64,000 bases of DNA from an uncultured archaeon (GCA_964461205.1 CAYWUL010000002.1:17779-81778); one strand, 5' to 3'; positions 28,890 through 39,971 are shown, numbered from the stretch's first letter. Notes: generated from the sequence alone by a model not told the origin. Made by a program: numbers and translations.

Positions 28890-29774
28890 TTATTCGCCCG
28901 CTAGAAAACTCCACCAGGGCTTGTTAATGGAAACAATTTGTCCATTTTGTGCACTTACTCTTGTTTCAATTTGCATTTGAACAGGAAAGACAAACAAAAC
29001 ATTTGCTTGTTTTGTTGCAGTTACATTGTAAGTTGGAATTCCATCTTGTTCTGAAAGAACAACTTTTTCTATCGGAGAATTTGCTCCCACACTATTGCTC
29101 GTTGAGACCATTGCCTGATTCGGCATAATATCAATATTTTGTTCCCCTTTTTTTGTCTGCATTACAAATCTTTCATTCTTTATTTCAACCGGGCTTGTAG
29201 ATGGAACAGAAACTCCATTTATTTCGACAATGTTCGCTATTAATTCAGTGTTTACTATTTGTGTGGCTGACCCATCTGAACTAGAACTTTCTTTTTTCCA
29301 AATAATAATATTTTGTTCTTGTGTGCTATTGTTGGTAGTTATCATTCCTGAATTAGACATTTCATATGTTGCGTTTGTTCCCGAGCTATTATTGCATTCA
29401 TCTGATGTACATGTACATACTACTGAAGCAGGATAAGTTGTTGTTAATGTACATTCAGTTGTTTCTGGGCAGTTATAATATGAACAAGGATTTGCTTTTG
29501 CACATCTTGGGCCAAAACCTGGAAAACTATAACATTCTAATCCTTCTTCACAAGGATTACTTGAATCACAATTTTGATCAGTCATTTGTGGATACATTAA
29601 TGGCATTGAATGTCTTACTTGAATTGTTGAATTTGTTTGTTGCATTACATTTGTTGCTTGTCCCTGATTACTTTGTTGTAGTTGGTTATTTATTTGTTCG
29701 CCAGCTGCAAAAACCATTGTTGATAATAACAAAATACTTAATACTAAAATTATATTTTTGATCAATTGAATCAC
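28890..29774 (-). CDS. Secreted Cys-rich protein (294 aa)
   Basis: Signal peptide 'MIQLIKNIILVLSILLLSTMVFAAG'. Cys-rich EGF-like stretch 'CDSSNPCEEGLECYSFPGFGPRCAKANPCSYYNCPETTEC'. Confidence 0.5.
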   Translation of the reverse strand: MIQLIKNIILVLSILLLSTMVFAAGEQINNQLQQSNQGQATNVMQQTNSTIQVRHSMPLMYPQMTDQNCDSSNPCEEGLECYSFPGFGPRCAKANPCSYYNCPETTECTLTTTYPASVVCTCTSDECNNSSGTNATYEMSNSGMITTNNSTQEQNIIIWKKESSSSDGSATQIVNTELIANIVEINGVSVPSTSPVEIKNERFVMQTKKGEQNIDIMPNQAMVSTSNSVGANSPIEKVVLSEQDGIPTYNVTATKQANVLFVFPVQMQIETRVSAQNGQIVSINKPWWSFLAGE

Positions 29775-29845
29775 CTAGTATATTGGGGTAAATTAGTATT
29801 TAACCTTTCTGGAATCATTAGGTGGTTTCCTAAAACACACAGTTA

Positions 29846-29855
29846 AGTATTTATT
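29846..29855 (+). promoter_or_regulatory. Archaeal TATA box for the acetyl-CoA synthetase gene (leaderless spacing)
   Basis: TATTTATTTG ~27 nt upstream of ATG 29877. Confidence 0.35.
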
Positions 29856-29876
29856 TGTAAACGGGCTATTTCTAAC

Positions 29877-31904
29877 ATGCTTGATGGCTTGTTTTATCCA
29901 AAGAGAGTTGCAATTATTGGTGCTTCTAATACGCCCGGAAAAGTGGGTTATTCAATAATAAAAAATCTGGTAGATGCAGATTTTTCTGGAGAAATTTTTC
30001 CTGTTAATTTAAAAGAAAAAGAAGTTCAGGGAATAGAGTGTTTTCCAAGCGTTCTTAAAATAAAAAAAAGTGTTGATTTAGCAATAATAGTTATTCCTGC
30101 ACAATTCGTTCCGTCTGTGATGAATGAGTGTGCAAAAAAAGGAATTAAAAATGTGGTAATAATTACTGCTGGCTTTTCTGAAACAGGAAAAGATGGACAA
30201 AAATTAGAAGAAGAATTAAGAAAAATAGTTGAAGAAAACAAAATGAATGTTGTTGGTCCTAACACATTAGGGATACTTAACACGGAGAATGGTTTGAATG
30301 CTTCTTTTTCTGCAACATTCCCAAACCAGGGAAATATTGCATTGGTTTCTCAGAGTGGGGCATTATGTACTGCAATACTTGATTGGGCGAGACAAGAAAA
30401 AATTGGTTTTAGTAAATTTATTTCAACAGGAAACAAATCTTTTTTAGATGAAGCCAAATATTTTGATTATTTGGAAAATGATTCAAGAACAAAGGCAGTT
30501 TTTGTCTATATGGAATCAGTAAAAGATAAGGATGCTTTTTTGAGAGCAGCGTATTCTCTTGCAAAAAAGAAACCAGTTGTTTTGTTAAAGTCAGGTAGGT
30601 CTCCAGAAGGACAAAAAGCAGCTTCTTCTCACACAGGAGCATTGAGTGTTGATGATAATATTTTTTCTATTGCTTGTAAGAAAGCAAATGTTTTGAGAAT
30701 AAATTCAATAGAAGCGTTTTTTGATATGGCAAAATTGTTATCGAGAATAAAAAATCTTAAAGGTTTTAATTTAGCTGTTGTAACAAATGCTGGTGGCCCA
30801 GGAGTAATTGCAGCAGACTCTGCTTCAAACCATTCTTTTCCTCTACCAACTTTTAGCAAGAAAACATTGGATATTGTTCAAAAAATTAATCCTCATGCTT
30901 CTAATCCATTAGACCTTATTGGAGATGCTGTTCCAATCGATTATAGAAACGCTTTGTCAGTTTTGCAAAATGACCCAAAAATTGATTTGGTTTACACTCT
31001 ACTTACTCCTCAAAGTATGACTGATCCAGACAGGGTTGCCGATATTATTGTTGAATTAAATAAGAATGTTCCAATTCTTTGTTCTTTTTTAGGCGGAATT
31101 GGGGTTAGTCATGCGCGTAGATATTTAAGAGAGCACGGGGTAGTAGAATTTAGTACTCCTGAAAGAGGAATAAAGGCTTTGTCAAGAATGAAAGAGTATA
31201 TGGAAAGAAAGAGTGTAATTGAAAAGTTTGATTTGGAAACAAAATCTATAAAAGAGACAACCGAAATGATAACAAAATCAAATATTGTTTCAATGCAACA
31301 AGCATTTTCTGTTTTAAAAGAGTTTAATATACAAATGTGTAAGACAGAGTTTGTTTCTAATGAAAAAGAATTTGACACAATTATTGAAAAGTTTGTTTTT
31401 CCAATAGCAATGAAAGCTTCTAGCGGAATTCCTCACAAAACCGATCTTGGTTTAGTAAGATGGAACATTGACAAGGAAAATGCTAAAAAAGAGTTTTTAA
31501 AAATGCAAGAAGTATTATCAAAAATGAAGAAGCCATTACAAATTGCTGTACAAGAAATGGTTGTTGGGGAAGAAGTAATTGTTTCTAGTATTACAAATGA
31601 TTTTGGAAAAATAATTACCTTTGGTTTGGGGGGGATATTTGTTGAAATAATGAAGGATATTTCACAAAAAATTGCTCCAATAAATGATGCTGATATTGAA
31701 GATATGTTTAACGAAGTGAGGGGGTTTGCTGTTTTGAAAGGAGCACGGACGAAGAAGAAATACAATGTTGATTCTTTGAAAAAAATAATTAAATCTGTTG
31801 CGATACTGGCTCAAACATATCCTGAGTTAAAAGAGATAGAGATGAATCCAATTATTGTGAATGAAAATGGCGCTTATGCTATTGATGCAATAATGATAAA
31901 ATAA
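29877..31904 (+). CDS. Acetyl-CoA synthetase (ADP-forming), fused alpha-beta
   Basis: N-terminal CoA-binding 'VAIIGASNTPGKVGY', succinyl-CoA-synthetase-like fold, C-terminal ATP-grasp. 675 aa. Confidence 0.8.
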   Translation: MLDGLFYPKRVAIIGASNTPGKVGYSIIKNLVDADFSGEIFPVNLKEKEVQGIECFPSVLKIKKSVDLAIIVIPAQFVPSVMNECAKKGIKNVVIITAGFSETGKDGQKLEEELRKIVEENKMNVVGPNTLGILNTENGLNASFSATFPNQGNIALVSQSGALCTAILDWARQEKIGFSKFISTGNKSFLDEAKYFDYLENDSRTKAVFVYMESVKDKDAFLRAAYSLAKKKPVVLLKSGRSPEGQKAASSHTGALSVDDNIFSIACKKANVLRINSIEAFFDMAKLLSRIKNLKGFNLAVVTNAGGPGVIAADSASNHSFPLPTFSKKTLDIVQKINPHASNPLDLIGDAVPIDYRNALSVLQNDPKIDLVYTLLTPQSMTDPDRVADIIVELNKNVPILCSFLGGIGVSHARRYLREHGVVEFSTPERGIKALSRMKEYMERKSVIEKFDLETKSIKETTEMITKSNIVSMQQAFSVLKEFNIQMCKTEFVSNEKEFDTIIEKFVFPIAMKASSGIPHKTDLGLVRWNIDKENAKKEFLKMQEVLSKMKKPLQIAVQEMVVGEEVIVSSITNDFGKIITFGLGGIFVEIMKDISQKIAPINDADIEDMFNEVRGFAVLKGARTKKKYNVDSLKKIIKSVAILAQTYPELKEIEMNPIIVNENGAYAIDAIMIK

Positions 31905-32675
31905 TTATTCTAATCTTCTAATTTGTAAAGCGTTATATAGACCGTCAGGGGCAGGAAGCCATTTAACGTGGCATCTTATTCCATTAATTACTGCTTCTCT
32001 TTCTCCAGGAACAAACAAACCATTTTGTATTGCGGGGCTATAATTTTTTACATTTTCAGTTAAAAAGTTTCTTAGTTCTTTATTTTCTAAGTGGGTTACT
32101 AAAAAGCCAGCGGGCGCTATTTTTTTTATCATATTCTTAATATAAATTTCGGCTCCTGTTAAATGCATAATCCCATAATGTGAATAAAGAATATTTATTG
32201 AGTTGTCTTTGAAATAACGAAAGAAAGAACTTGATTCTCCATGAATAAATTCGACTGATTCTTTTTGTATCCATTCTTTCTTCATTATGTCTCCAAATCC
32301 AATTACTCTTGCTTCGTCACCAAGCGTTTTTCCTAATTGTTCTGTTGCTATTTCTTTTCCACAACCCCAATCAACAATCAGTGGCTTTCTTCCTTGTTTT
32401 TTTTCTAACAAAACCATTAAGCGGGCAGTTTTTGTTATTGGAAAACGCAGCCCTTGTTCTGCTCCAAATAAACTAATTTCTTCACTGGTCCATTTTGCAG
32501 AACTTGGAACATATTTTCTAAAACGAATATATTTCCCTTTAATTTTTTTCCAGACTAATTCTATTCTGCTATTGTCTAAGTCATTAACCGAAAAGTCTTT
32601 TTTTCCTTTTTGTTTTTCTTCTGCTAGTCTTACTCCAACAGATCTTCCTTTTTTATATATTGGCATAATTAACAA
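31905..32675 (-). CDS. Putative class I SAM-dependent methyltransferase
   Basis: 'LIVDWGCGKE' motif I-like. Basic N-terminus. Confidence 0.4.
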   Translation of the reverse strand: MLIMPIYKKGRSVGVRLAEEKQKGKKDFSVNDLDNSRIELVWKKIKGKYIRFRKYVPSSAKWTSEEISLFGAEQGLRFPITKTARLMVLLEKKQGRKPLIVDWGCGKEIATEQLGKTLGDEARVIGFGDIMKKEWIQKESVEFIHGESSSFFRYFKDNSINILYSHYGIMHLTGAEIYIKNMIKKIAPAGFLVTHLENKELRNFLTENVKNYSPAIQNGLFVPGEREAVINGIRCHVKWLPAPDGLYNALQIRRLE

Positions 32676-32743
32676 TGGTCCTCCAAATTTAAATTTGTTT
32701 GTAATTTGTAATAATTATAAGGTTTAGTTTGCACAATAATAAT

Positions 32744-33706
32744 ATGCAAAAAATAGGAAAATTAAATATTGGAAAAGGGGCATTTCTTGCACCCATGGCG
32801 GATTACACAAATATTGCTTTTCGTACATTGTGTAAAGAATATGGTTCTTCTTTACAGTACACCGAATTAATTTCTGTAAAGTCAATTATTTTTAAAAACA
32901 AAAAAACTTTGAAGATGTTGGAAGTTTCAGAAAAAGAAAAACCAGTGTTTCTTCAATTATTTGGTAATGATCCAAAAGACTTCGAAAAAGCAATATGGGT
33001 TGTTGAAAAAAATTTTCCAAAGAGATTTGTGGGTTATGATCTTAATTGTGGTTGCAGTGTTCCAAAAGCATTGAAAGGGAAATATGGTTGTTATTTAATG
33101 GATTATCCAGAATTAGTTGGAAATATTATTGTCTCAATGAAGAAAGCAGTTTCTAAAAGCAAGAAACCAATTACTTTGAAAATGCGTCTAGGTTTAGAAA
33201 AAGAAACTTTTTTAGATGTTGCAAGAGAAGCTGAAAAAAATGGTGCTGACGCAATTTGTTTACATGCGCGTTTAGGTAAAGATGGGTATGGTGGAAAAGT
33301 AAATTGGGGTGCAATAAAGAAATTAAAAAAAGAAATAAAAGTTCCATTAATTGGAAACGGTGTTGTTAATTCTGTAAAAGATTATGAAAAAATGAAGGAA
33401 GAAACTGGTTGTGATTTTGTAATGGTTGGGCGGGGAAGTATTGGGAATGCTTTTTTGTTCAAACAGATAAAACAATTTGAAGAAGGAAAAAAAGTTAGCG
33501 AAAGAAATAAGAAAGAAATTTTGAAAGAAGGAAAAAAATACTTAGAATTAGCAAAAGAATTTTCTCTTGAAGTAAATGATGTTAGGGGGTATTTTATTGG
33601 TTTAGCAAATGGTTTTGTTGGTGCAAAAAAACTAAGAAACAAATTTGCTTTGTCAAAAACAATTAAAGAAACTGAAGAAAAATTTGTTAATTTTTTTAAA
33701 AGCTGA
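32744..33706 (+). CDS. dus: tRNA-dihydrouridine synthase
   Basis: 'FLAPMADYTNIAFR' N-terminus, 'DLNCGCSVPKA', 'ADAICLHARLGKDGY'. TIM-barrel Dus signatures. Confidence 0.75.
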   Translation: MQKIGKLNIGKGAFLAPMADYTNIAFRTLCKEYGSSLQYTELISVKSIIFKNKKTLKMLEVSEKEKPVFLQLFGNDPKDFEKAIWVVEKNFPKRFVGYDLNCGCSVPKALKGKYGCYLMDYPELVGNIIVSMKKAVSKSKKPITLKMRLGLEKETFLDVAREAEKNGADAICLHARLGKDGYGGKVNWGAIKKLKKEIKVPLIGNGVVNSVKDYEKMKEETGCDFVMVGRGSIGNAFLFKQIKQFEEGKKVSERNKKEILKEGKKYLELAKEFSLEVNDVRGYFIGLANGFVGAKKLRNKFALSKTIKETEEKFVNFFKS

Positions 33707-34202
33707 ACACTACCATTTGGATGGGTTTACCCATTTCCATAAGTTGTCTTTGAACGTCTGTTGAAGGAACTTTCAAAGTTCGTTTAGCTCTAACTTGCAT
33801 TCCATTTTTCTTTGCTAAAAATTCTACAAGATCAATTAAATCTGGGTGCTCGCTTGTTATAACAATCTTCCCTTTTTTTGTTAAAACATTTTTTGCTTCT
33901 TTGAATAAGATATCTATTCGCAATTTTTTTTGTATGATGTCATCAGGGGTTGGCGTGTTTAAAACAAGCCTTTCCGAATGAATTTTTCTTCGCTTCATTT
34001 CTTTTATAAAAGAGCGCATGGTTCTTGTGCTTTTTGGAATTGTTAATGGAACTTTTGCTTGTCTATAAATTGGGTCAACTGCAATATAATGCCTGTTATA
34101 ATCACGCATTGCTTTTCTTTCAAGTGTTGTGGCACTGCCTGCTCCAAATTCAACCATCCTAAATTTGTTTGGTTGTGTTTTTGTTGTACTTTTTCTTTGC
34201 AT
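33696..34202 (-). CDS. Putative small SAM-dependent methyltransferase
   Basis: 'VEFGAGSATT' GxGxG motif. 168 aa. Confidence 0.35.
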   Translation of the reverse strand: MQRKSTTKTQPNKFRMVEFGAGSATTLERKAMRDYNRHYIAVDPIYRQAKVPLTIPKSTRTMRSFIKEMKRRKIHSERLVLNTPTPDDIIQKKLRIDILFKEAKNVLTKKGKIVITSEHPDLIDLVEFLAKKNGMQVRAKRTLKVPSTDVQRQLMEMGKPIQMVVFSF

Positions 34203-34259
34203 AAATATATTTTTGTCACTTTGTCTTTAAATTAGTTCTTTTTATTTTGGTTTTTTTTT

Positions 34260-34739
34260 TTATTTCATTTTGATAACATCATCTATTTTTTCATCGATTT
34301 CTTTTCCTATTCTTTTCATTCGAGAAAAAATATGTATTGCATCATCTTCTATTTCTGTAATAATTCCTTCGAGTGTTTTATGTCTTGTGTAATAGTATTT
34401 CCCACTTTTTTCAATAAGTCCTGCGTTTTTCAAATTATTTAAATGGTTTATTACGCTTCCTCTTGACATGCCAATTCTTTCGGCTATTGAGGTGCTTGTT
34501 AGAACGATTCCTTGTCTTCCTGCTAAATAGAGTTCTTTGAATATAATTGCTGCGGTTTTTCCTTTGTCAATAGTTTCGAAAAACCCTAGGCACGAGCAAA
34601 TCCAAGCGAATTTTTCATCAAAATTATCGTTTTCTGGCAATGAAACCCCCCTAATTGTTATTTTTGGCTTATTTCTTCTAGGATTTACCTGTTGAAGGGG
34701 CCTTTTTACCACTGGGAGATTCATATTCTTTTTGTTCAT
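34260..34739 (-). CDS. Winged helix-turn-helix transcriptional regulator, divergent from the grpE-dnaK-dnaJ operon
   Basis: 'ERIGMSRGSVINHLNNLKNAGLIEKSGKYYY' HTH-wing region. 159 aa. Confidence 0.55.
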   Translation of the reverse strand: MNKKNMNLPVVKRPLQQVNPRRNKPKITIRGVSLPENDNFDEKFAWICSCLGFFETIDKGKTAAIIFKELYLAGRQGIVLTSTSIAERIGMSRGSVINHLNNLKNAGLIEKSGKYYYTRHKTLEGIITEIEDDAIHIFSRMKRIGKEIDEKIDDVIKMK

Positions 34740-34772
34740 AGTATTATCTTATTTAAAACAATTTTTAAGCTT

Positions 34773-34811
34773 TGTCCAAACAGAGTTGAACATGTCTAAA
34801 CAGTTTAGACA
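34773..34811. promoter_or_regulatory. Candidate operator, a perfect 19-bp palindrome plus an adjacent degenerate copy
   Basis: TGTCTAAAC-A-GTTTAGACA at 34793-34811, with TGTCcAAACAgaGTTgaACA at 34773-34792. Lies between the divergent regulator and the grpE TATA (AAATTTAAAAAAA, 34821-34833). Confidence 0.45.
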
Positions 34812-34854
34812 AAAGTGGGGCAAATTTAAAAAAAGATAGGTTGCTCTTAATATT

Positions 34855-35367
34855 ATGTCTAAGAAAGAAAAAAAGAAAGAATATAATTGTAAGGATGAAT
34901 GCGCTTGTGATTTTGAAAAAACAAAAAAAAGTGAAAACCAAGAAATGGAAGAAAATACAAAACTAGATGAGTTAACAAATGACCTAAAAAGAGTTCAAGC
35001 AGAATTTGAGAATTATCAAAAACGAGTAGAGAAAGAATTTATTGTAAGAGATGAAAGAACAAGAGCAAATCTATTGTGTCAAAATCTCGTGGTTTTAGAT
35101 GCTCTGAATGAAGGAATAAAACATGAAGAAAAAAATGAAGGATTAAAAAAAGTAAGAGAAGTTTTTGTAAAATTCTTGCATGACAATGGAGTACAAAAAA
35201 TGACTAAGAAAGAAGGAGATCTGTTTGACCATGATGAAATGGAATGCATTGTACAAGGAAAAGATGAAAAGAAAAAAGATGGGGAAGTCTTAGAAGTAAT
35301 ACAAAAAGGATATTTTATCAATGATAAAGTTTTGCGTTTTGCAAAAGTAAGAGTAAATAAATTATAG
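34855..35367 (+). CDS. grpE: GrpE nucleotide exchange factor
   Basis: Coiled-coil N-terminus, GrpE C-terminal domain. Position before dnaK. Confidence 0.8.
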   Translation: MSKKEKKKEYNCKDECACDFEKTKKSENQEMEENTKLDELTNDLKRVQAEFENYQKRVEKEFIVRDERTRANLLCQNLVVLDALNEGIKHEEKNEGLKKVREVFVKFLHDNGVQKMTKKEGDLFDHDEMECIVQGKDEKKKDGEVLEVIQKGYFINDKVLRFAKVRVNKL

Positions 35368-35378
35368 GAGTGATTTAA

Positions 35379-37262
35379 ATGGGTAAAATAATTGGAATTG
35401 ATTTGGGAACAAGTAATAGTGCAGCGGCAGTGCTCGAAGGTGGAAAACCAAGAATAATTCCTTCAGCGGAAGGAAACACAGTTTATGGAAAAGCATTTCC
35501 AAGCGTAGTTGCATTTACAAAAGAAGGAAAAATGTTGGTTGGAGAACCAGCAAGAAGACAAGCAGTTAGTAATCCAGAAAACACAATAACAAAAGCAAAA
35601 AGAAAAATTGGAACAAACCACAAATACAAAATCAATGACAAAGAATTTACTCCCCAACAAATCTCTGCATTTATTTTACAAAAAATAAAAAAAGATGCTG
35701 AAGCATTCTTAGGTGACAAAGTAGAAAAAGCAGTTATTACTGTGCCGGCATATTTTGATGACAACCAAAGGCAAGCAACAAAGGACGCAGGAAAAATAGC
35801 TGGTTTAGAAGTAGAAAGAATTGTTAATGAACCAACCGCGGCAGCACTGGCATATGGTCTAGACAAAAAAGGAGACTCAAAAATATTAGTATTTGATTTT
35901 GGCGGAGGAACACTCGATGTTACAATAATGGAATTAGGGGAAGGAGTGTTTGAAGTTAAATCCACAAGCGGAGACACCGAATTAGGTGGAACAGATATGG
36001 ATGAAGCCATAGTAAATTATATTACAAATACTTTCAAAGAAAAAGAAGGTGTTGATATAACAAAGGATTCAATGGCAATACAACGTGTAATTGAAGCAGC
36101 AGAAAAAGCAAAAATAGAATTATCGACAACACTTGAAACTGATATCAACTTGCCATATGTTACTGCAGACTCAACAGGACCAAAACACTTAACAATGAAA
36201 ATAAATAGAGCAAAATTAGAAGAACTTGTAAGGCCGCTTGTAGATAGGTGTGAAAAACCAGTTAGCCAAGCATTAGCAGATGCAAAATTAACTGCTTCAG
36301 ATTTATCAAAAGTAATTCTTGTCGGAGGACCAACAAGAATGCCAATTGTACAAGAATTCGTAAAAAAAGTAACAGGAATAGAACCAGAAAGAGGAATCGA
36401 TCCAATGGAATGTGTTGCGATGGGGGCAGCAGTTCAAGGAGGAGTTCTAAGTGGAGAAGTAAAGGATGTTCTATTACTTGATGTTACTCCATTAAGTTTA
36501 GGAATAGAAACTCTTGGAGGAGTATCAACAAAACTTATAGAAAGAAATACCACAATACCTGCAAAAAAATCACAAATATTTTCAACAGCAGCAGATAACC
36601 AAACCACTGTCGATATACATGTATTACAAGGTGAAAGACCTCTTTCAAAAGACAATAAAACACTTGGAAGATTCCAATTAACAGGTATACTTCCTGCACA
36701 AAGGGGGGTTCCACAAATCGAAGTAACATTTGATATTGATGCAAACGGGATAGTAAATGTTTCTGCAAAAGATAACGGGACAGGAAAAGAACAATCAATC
36801 AAAATCGTTGCTTCAGAAAAACTGAATGATGAAGAAATAGAAAGAATGAAGAAAGAAGCAGAAGAACATGCAAAAGAAGATGAAAAAATAAAGAGTGAAA
36901 TAGAAACAGTTAACCAGGCAGATGCAACAATTTATTCAACAGAAAAAATGTTAGAAGAACTAAAAGACAAACTTGATGAAGACAAAAAGAAACAAGTCCA
37001 AGAAAAACTAGATGCATTAAAAGAAGAAATGAAAAAAGAAACAAAAGAAGTTGATAAGTTAAAAACAAAAATGGATGAGTTGAACACTCTTTTACAAAAA
37101 ATTGGAACCGAAGTTTATCAACAAGCACAGGCTGAAAGCCAAAAACAACAATCTCAAACCGGAGAACAAACAAAAGAAGAAGGAAAAGATGAAAAAAAAG
37201 GAGATGAGAAAGTTGTTGATGCAGAGTTTGAAGAAAAAGACGAAGATAAAGACAAAAAATAA
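35379..37262 (+). CDS. dnaK: Hsp70 chaperone DnaK
   Basis: '[14 protein letters not shown]', '[10 protein letters not shown]', '[11 protein letters not shown]'. Hsp70 signatures throughout. Confidence 0.95.
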   Translation: MGKIIGIDLGTSNSAAAVLEGGKPRIIPSAEGNTVYGKAFPSVVAFTKEGKMLVGEPARRQAVSNPENTITKAKRKIGTNHKYKINDKEFTPQQISAFILQKIKKDAEAFLGDKVEKAVITVPAYFDDNQRQATKDAGKIAGLEVERIVNEPTAAALAYGLDKKGDSKILVFDFGGGTLDVTIMELGEGVFEVKSTSGDTELGGTDMDEAIVNYITNTFKEKEGVDITKDSMAIQRVIEAAEKAKIELSTTLETDINLPYVTADSTGPKHLTMKINRAKLEELVRPLVDRCEKPVSQALADAKLTASDLSKVILVGGPTRMPIVQEFVKKVTGIEPERGIDPMECVAMGAAVQGGVLSGEVKDVLLLDVTPLSLGIETLGGVSTKLIERNTTIPAKKSQIFSTAADNQTTVDIHVLQGERPLSKDNKTLGRFQLTGILPAQRGVPQIEVTFDIDANGIVNVSAKDNGTGKEQSIKIVASEKLNDEEIERMKKEAEEHAKEDEKIKSEIETVNQADATIYSTEKMLEELKDKLDEDKKKQVQEKLDALKEEMKKETKEVDKLKTKMDELNTLLQKIGTEVYQQAQAESQKQQSQTGEQTKEEGKDEKKGDEKVVDAEFEEKDEDKDKK

Positions 37263-37343
37263 TGATGCTGATCAACCTCGAGCAAAAGTTATTGAAAAAA
37301 AGGTTTGGCTTGCGAGCTGAACCTTTTATACTTATTTGACTTA

Positions 37344-37580
37344 ATGATTACTATGCGAGCAAATACTTGGATTCAAGGATTAAGACGAAAGATTCGTGCT
37401 GGAAATCTAAAACATTCGCGTCTTGAAGAAAGACGTTCTAAGGGCGTAGCATTAATAGAACTAAATATTGACAAAGCAATTGCAGCTAATGTTAGATCTA
37501 ATAAAATTAGAGCGCAATTAATAAAAGAAAGAAAAAAGATTAGAGAAAGACAACGAAGAATGAGAGAAGAACAGAAATAA
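37344..37580 (+). CDS. Small Arg/Lys-rich basic protein (78 aa) between dnaK and dnaJ
   Basis: '[34 protein letters not shown]...[15 protein letters not shown]'. TATA-like CTTTTATAC just upstream. Confidence 0.35.
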   Translation: MITMRANTWIQGLRRKIRAGNLKHSRLEERRSKGVALIELNIDKAIAANVRSNKIRAQLIKERKKIRERQRRMREEQK

Positions 37581-37600
37581 ATTTTTTAAAAGTGAATAAA

Positions 37601-38725
37601 ATGACTAATTATTATGCCGTTTTGGGTTTGAAGAAAGGAGCTTCTGTAGAAGAAATAAAAAAAGCATACAAAGTAATGGCAAAAAAATATCATCCTGATG
37701 TTTCAAAAGAACCAGAAGCAGAAAAAAAATTCAAAGAAGTATCTGACGCGTATTCTGTTTTGTCAGATCCAGAAAAAAAACAAAACTATGATAATTATGG
37801 AGATGCATACAAAAACTTCCAAGGTTATTCTGGTTACCAAGGCCAAGGATTTGGAACAGGAATGGATTTTGATTTTGAAGATATATTCAATCAATTTACT
37901 GGAATGAATTTTGATTTGGGGGATTTATTTGGAAGAAGACAAAGAAGAGAAACAAAGGATTATGGTCAAAATGTGAAAGTAAATTTGACATTGACATTTG
38001 AAGAAGCTGTTTTTGGAACAGAAAAAGAAATTTCTTATGATATAATCGGAAAATGTTCTAGTTGTAAAGGTACTGGTGCAGAAGAAGGGAAACAAAAAAC
38101 ATGTGATAGTTGTTCTGGAAGAGGGGTAGAAATAAGACAACAAAGGACTCCTTTTGGAATATTCCAAACACAAACTACTTGTAGAAAATGTAGAGGAAAA
38201 GGAAGGATCGCAGAAAGCATTTGTAAAGAATGTAATGGGAATGCGTTCATAACAAAAAAACACAAATTAAAAATAAAAATTCCTGAAGGAATAAATACTG
38301 GAAATCATTTAAGGTTACAAGAAAAAGGACATGAAGGTCAACATGGTTCTGGAGATTTATATGTTGTAATATTTGTTGAAAAACACGAAATATTTAAAAG
38401 AGACGAATCAGATGTGTATGCAGAAATACCAATTTCTTTTACAGAGTCTTCTCTTGGAGCAACAATTGAAGTTCCAACTCTAAAAGGAAGAGCTGACCTA
38501 AAAGTTCCAGCAGGAACACAGACAGGAACAATATTTAGATTAAGTGGAAAGGGGATAAAAAAAATAGATAGTTCTGGCCACGGTGATGAATACATAAAGG
38601 TTATTGTAGAAACACCCAAAAAATTGAATAAGAAAGAAAAAGAATTATTACAAAAGCTAGAAAAAGAAAGCGAGTTATCAAAAAAGAGAAAGAATTTTTT
38701 TAAGAAAATACTTGGAAAGTTTTAA
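37601..38725 (+). CDS. dnaJ: DnaJ co-chaperone (type I, Zn-finger)
   Basis: J-domain 'YYAVLGL...KKYHPD', four CxxCxGxG repeats, C-terminal domains. Confidence 0.9.
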   Translation: MTNYYAVLGLKKGASVEEIKKAYKVMAKKYHPDVSKEPEAEKKFKEVSDAYSVLSDPEKKQNYDNYGDAYKNFQGYSGYQGQGFGTGMDFDFEDIFNQFTGMNFDLGDLFGRRQRRETKDYGQNVKVNLTLTFEEAVFGTEKEISYDIIGKCSSCKGTGAEEGKQKTCDSCSGRGVEIRQQRTPFGIFQTQTTCRKCRGKGRIAESICKECNGNAFITKKHKLKIKIPEGINTGNHLRLQEKGHEGQHGSGDLYVVIFVEKHEIFKRDESDVYAEIPISFTESSLGATIEVPTLKGRADLKVPAGTQTGTIFRLSGKGIKKIDSSGHGDEYIKVIVETPKKLNKKEKELLQKLEKESELSKKRKNFFKKILGKF

Positions 38726-38793
38726 CTTTTTTGATAGAACAATTGGCATACAAAACAATTTAATACAAGTAATTGCTTCTTATTTAAGATAAA

Positions 38794-39294
38794 ATGAAAC
38801 AAATAATACTCTTAGTGATATTCATAGCTTCTTTGTTTGTGTTATTTGGTTGTACGGCAGAAAGCCCAACTACTACAAATGATTTAATAAAATTAAAACA
38901 ACAATACTCTGTGGAAGAAGCGTTTTCTCCAAACTTAGATATAATGAATTCCTATATTAGTGAGTTAGCATTGCTTCGCTCAAAGAGTAATTTTCCTTTA
39001 TCAAGTGTAATAGATGCTGAAATGAATTCGGCACAATCCTTTTATTATTTTACAAAAGCGCTTGATGAATCGAGTGCAATGCAATATACTGGGAGCATTT
39101 GTAATTCTTTAGAATACAAAAATGTTCTTGATTATTTAGACTTGGCAATTAGTTACGCAAACAAAGCATCTTCTGCATTAACCGTTGTTAGTCCAACAGA
39201 AGCATATTTGTTAAGAGAAAACCAAGCCGAAATAGTTTCTAGTTATAATAGTTTTTCGAAAGAAATGAAAGATTCCTTACTCGATTTATGCTAG
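38794..39294 (+). CDS. Putative secreted lipoprotein
   Basis: 'MKQIILLVIFIASLFVLFGC' signal with a lipobox-like Cys. Confidence 0.45.
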   Translation: MKQIILLVIFIASLFVLFGCTAESPTTTNDLIKLKQQYSVEEAFSPNLDIMNSYISELALLRSKSNFPLSSVIDAEMNSAQSFYYFTKALDESSAMQYTGSICNSLEYKNVLDYLDLAISYANKASSALTVVSPTEAYLLRENQAEIVSSYNSFSKEMKDSLLDLC

Positions 39295-39341
39295 TCGTTA
39301 ATTTAGATAAATTAATATTGCTTTCATATCTAGTTGTCTTT

Positions 39342-39971
39342 ATGTCATTCGAAAAAACTTGTGCAGAAGCAATTGTAAAAGAGATTACTTTCCAAGGAAG
39401 AAAGACAATTTCGAAAAAGAGAGTTTCAAAAGGATATAGGAATAAGTTACTTGACGATTCTATAAGAAAAAAAAGAACCAAGAGCGAAGCAAAAATAATT
39501 TCGAGTTTAGCATCAATAATAAATGTTCCACAAATATTAAGTGTTAATGAGCATGAGTGTGAAATAATAATGGAGTTTGTTGAAGGAAAAGTGTTAAAAG
39601 AGATAATTGAAAAGAAAAAAGAACTTGCTATTCTTGCTGGGCAAGAAATAAAGAAGATTCATCAAGCAGGAATTATTCATGGCGATCTAACAACATCAAA
39701 TATTATTTACAAAGTAAATGAAAAAAGCAAGACAAATAATAAAATTAATAATAATGGTGTGGGTGAATTATGGTTTATTGATTTTGGGTTAGGTTTTTTC
39801 TCAAAAAAAATAGAGGATGTGGCGACAGACTTGATTGTATTCAAAAAAACTTTTAACGCTACACATTCTTCTCTAAAAAATGGTTGGGATTTAGTTCTCC
39901 AAGGCTATAATCCAAGCAGGGCTTTGCAAGAAAGAATGAGTGCTATTGAGAAAAGAGCGAGATATCATTAA
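39342..39971 (+). CDS. KEOPS-complex kinase Bud32/PRPK-like (RIO-type small kinase)
   Basis: 'GAEAIV', 'IIHGDLTTSNII' (catalytic loop), 'FIDFGLG' (DFG). ~209 aa. Confidence 0.7.
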   Translation: MSFEKTCAEAIVKEITFQGRKTISKKRVSKGYRNKLLDDSIRKKRTKSEAKIISSLASIINVPQILSVNEHECEIIMEFVEGKVLKEIIEKKKELAILAGQEIKKIHQAGIIHGDLTTSNIIYKVNEKSKTNNKINNNGVGELWFIDFGLGFFSKKIEDVATDLIVFKKTFNATHSSLKNGWDLVLQGYNPSRALQERMSAIEKRARYH

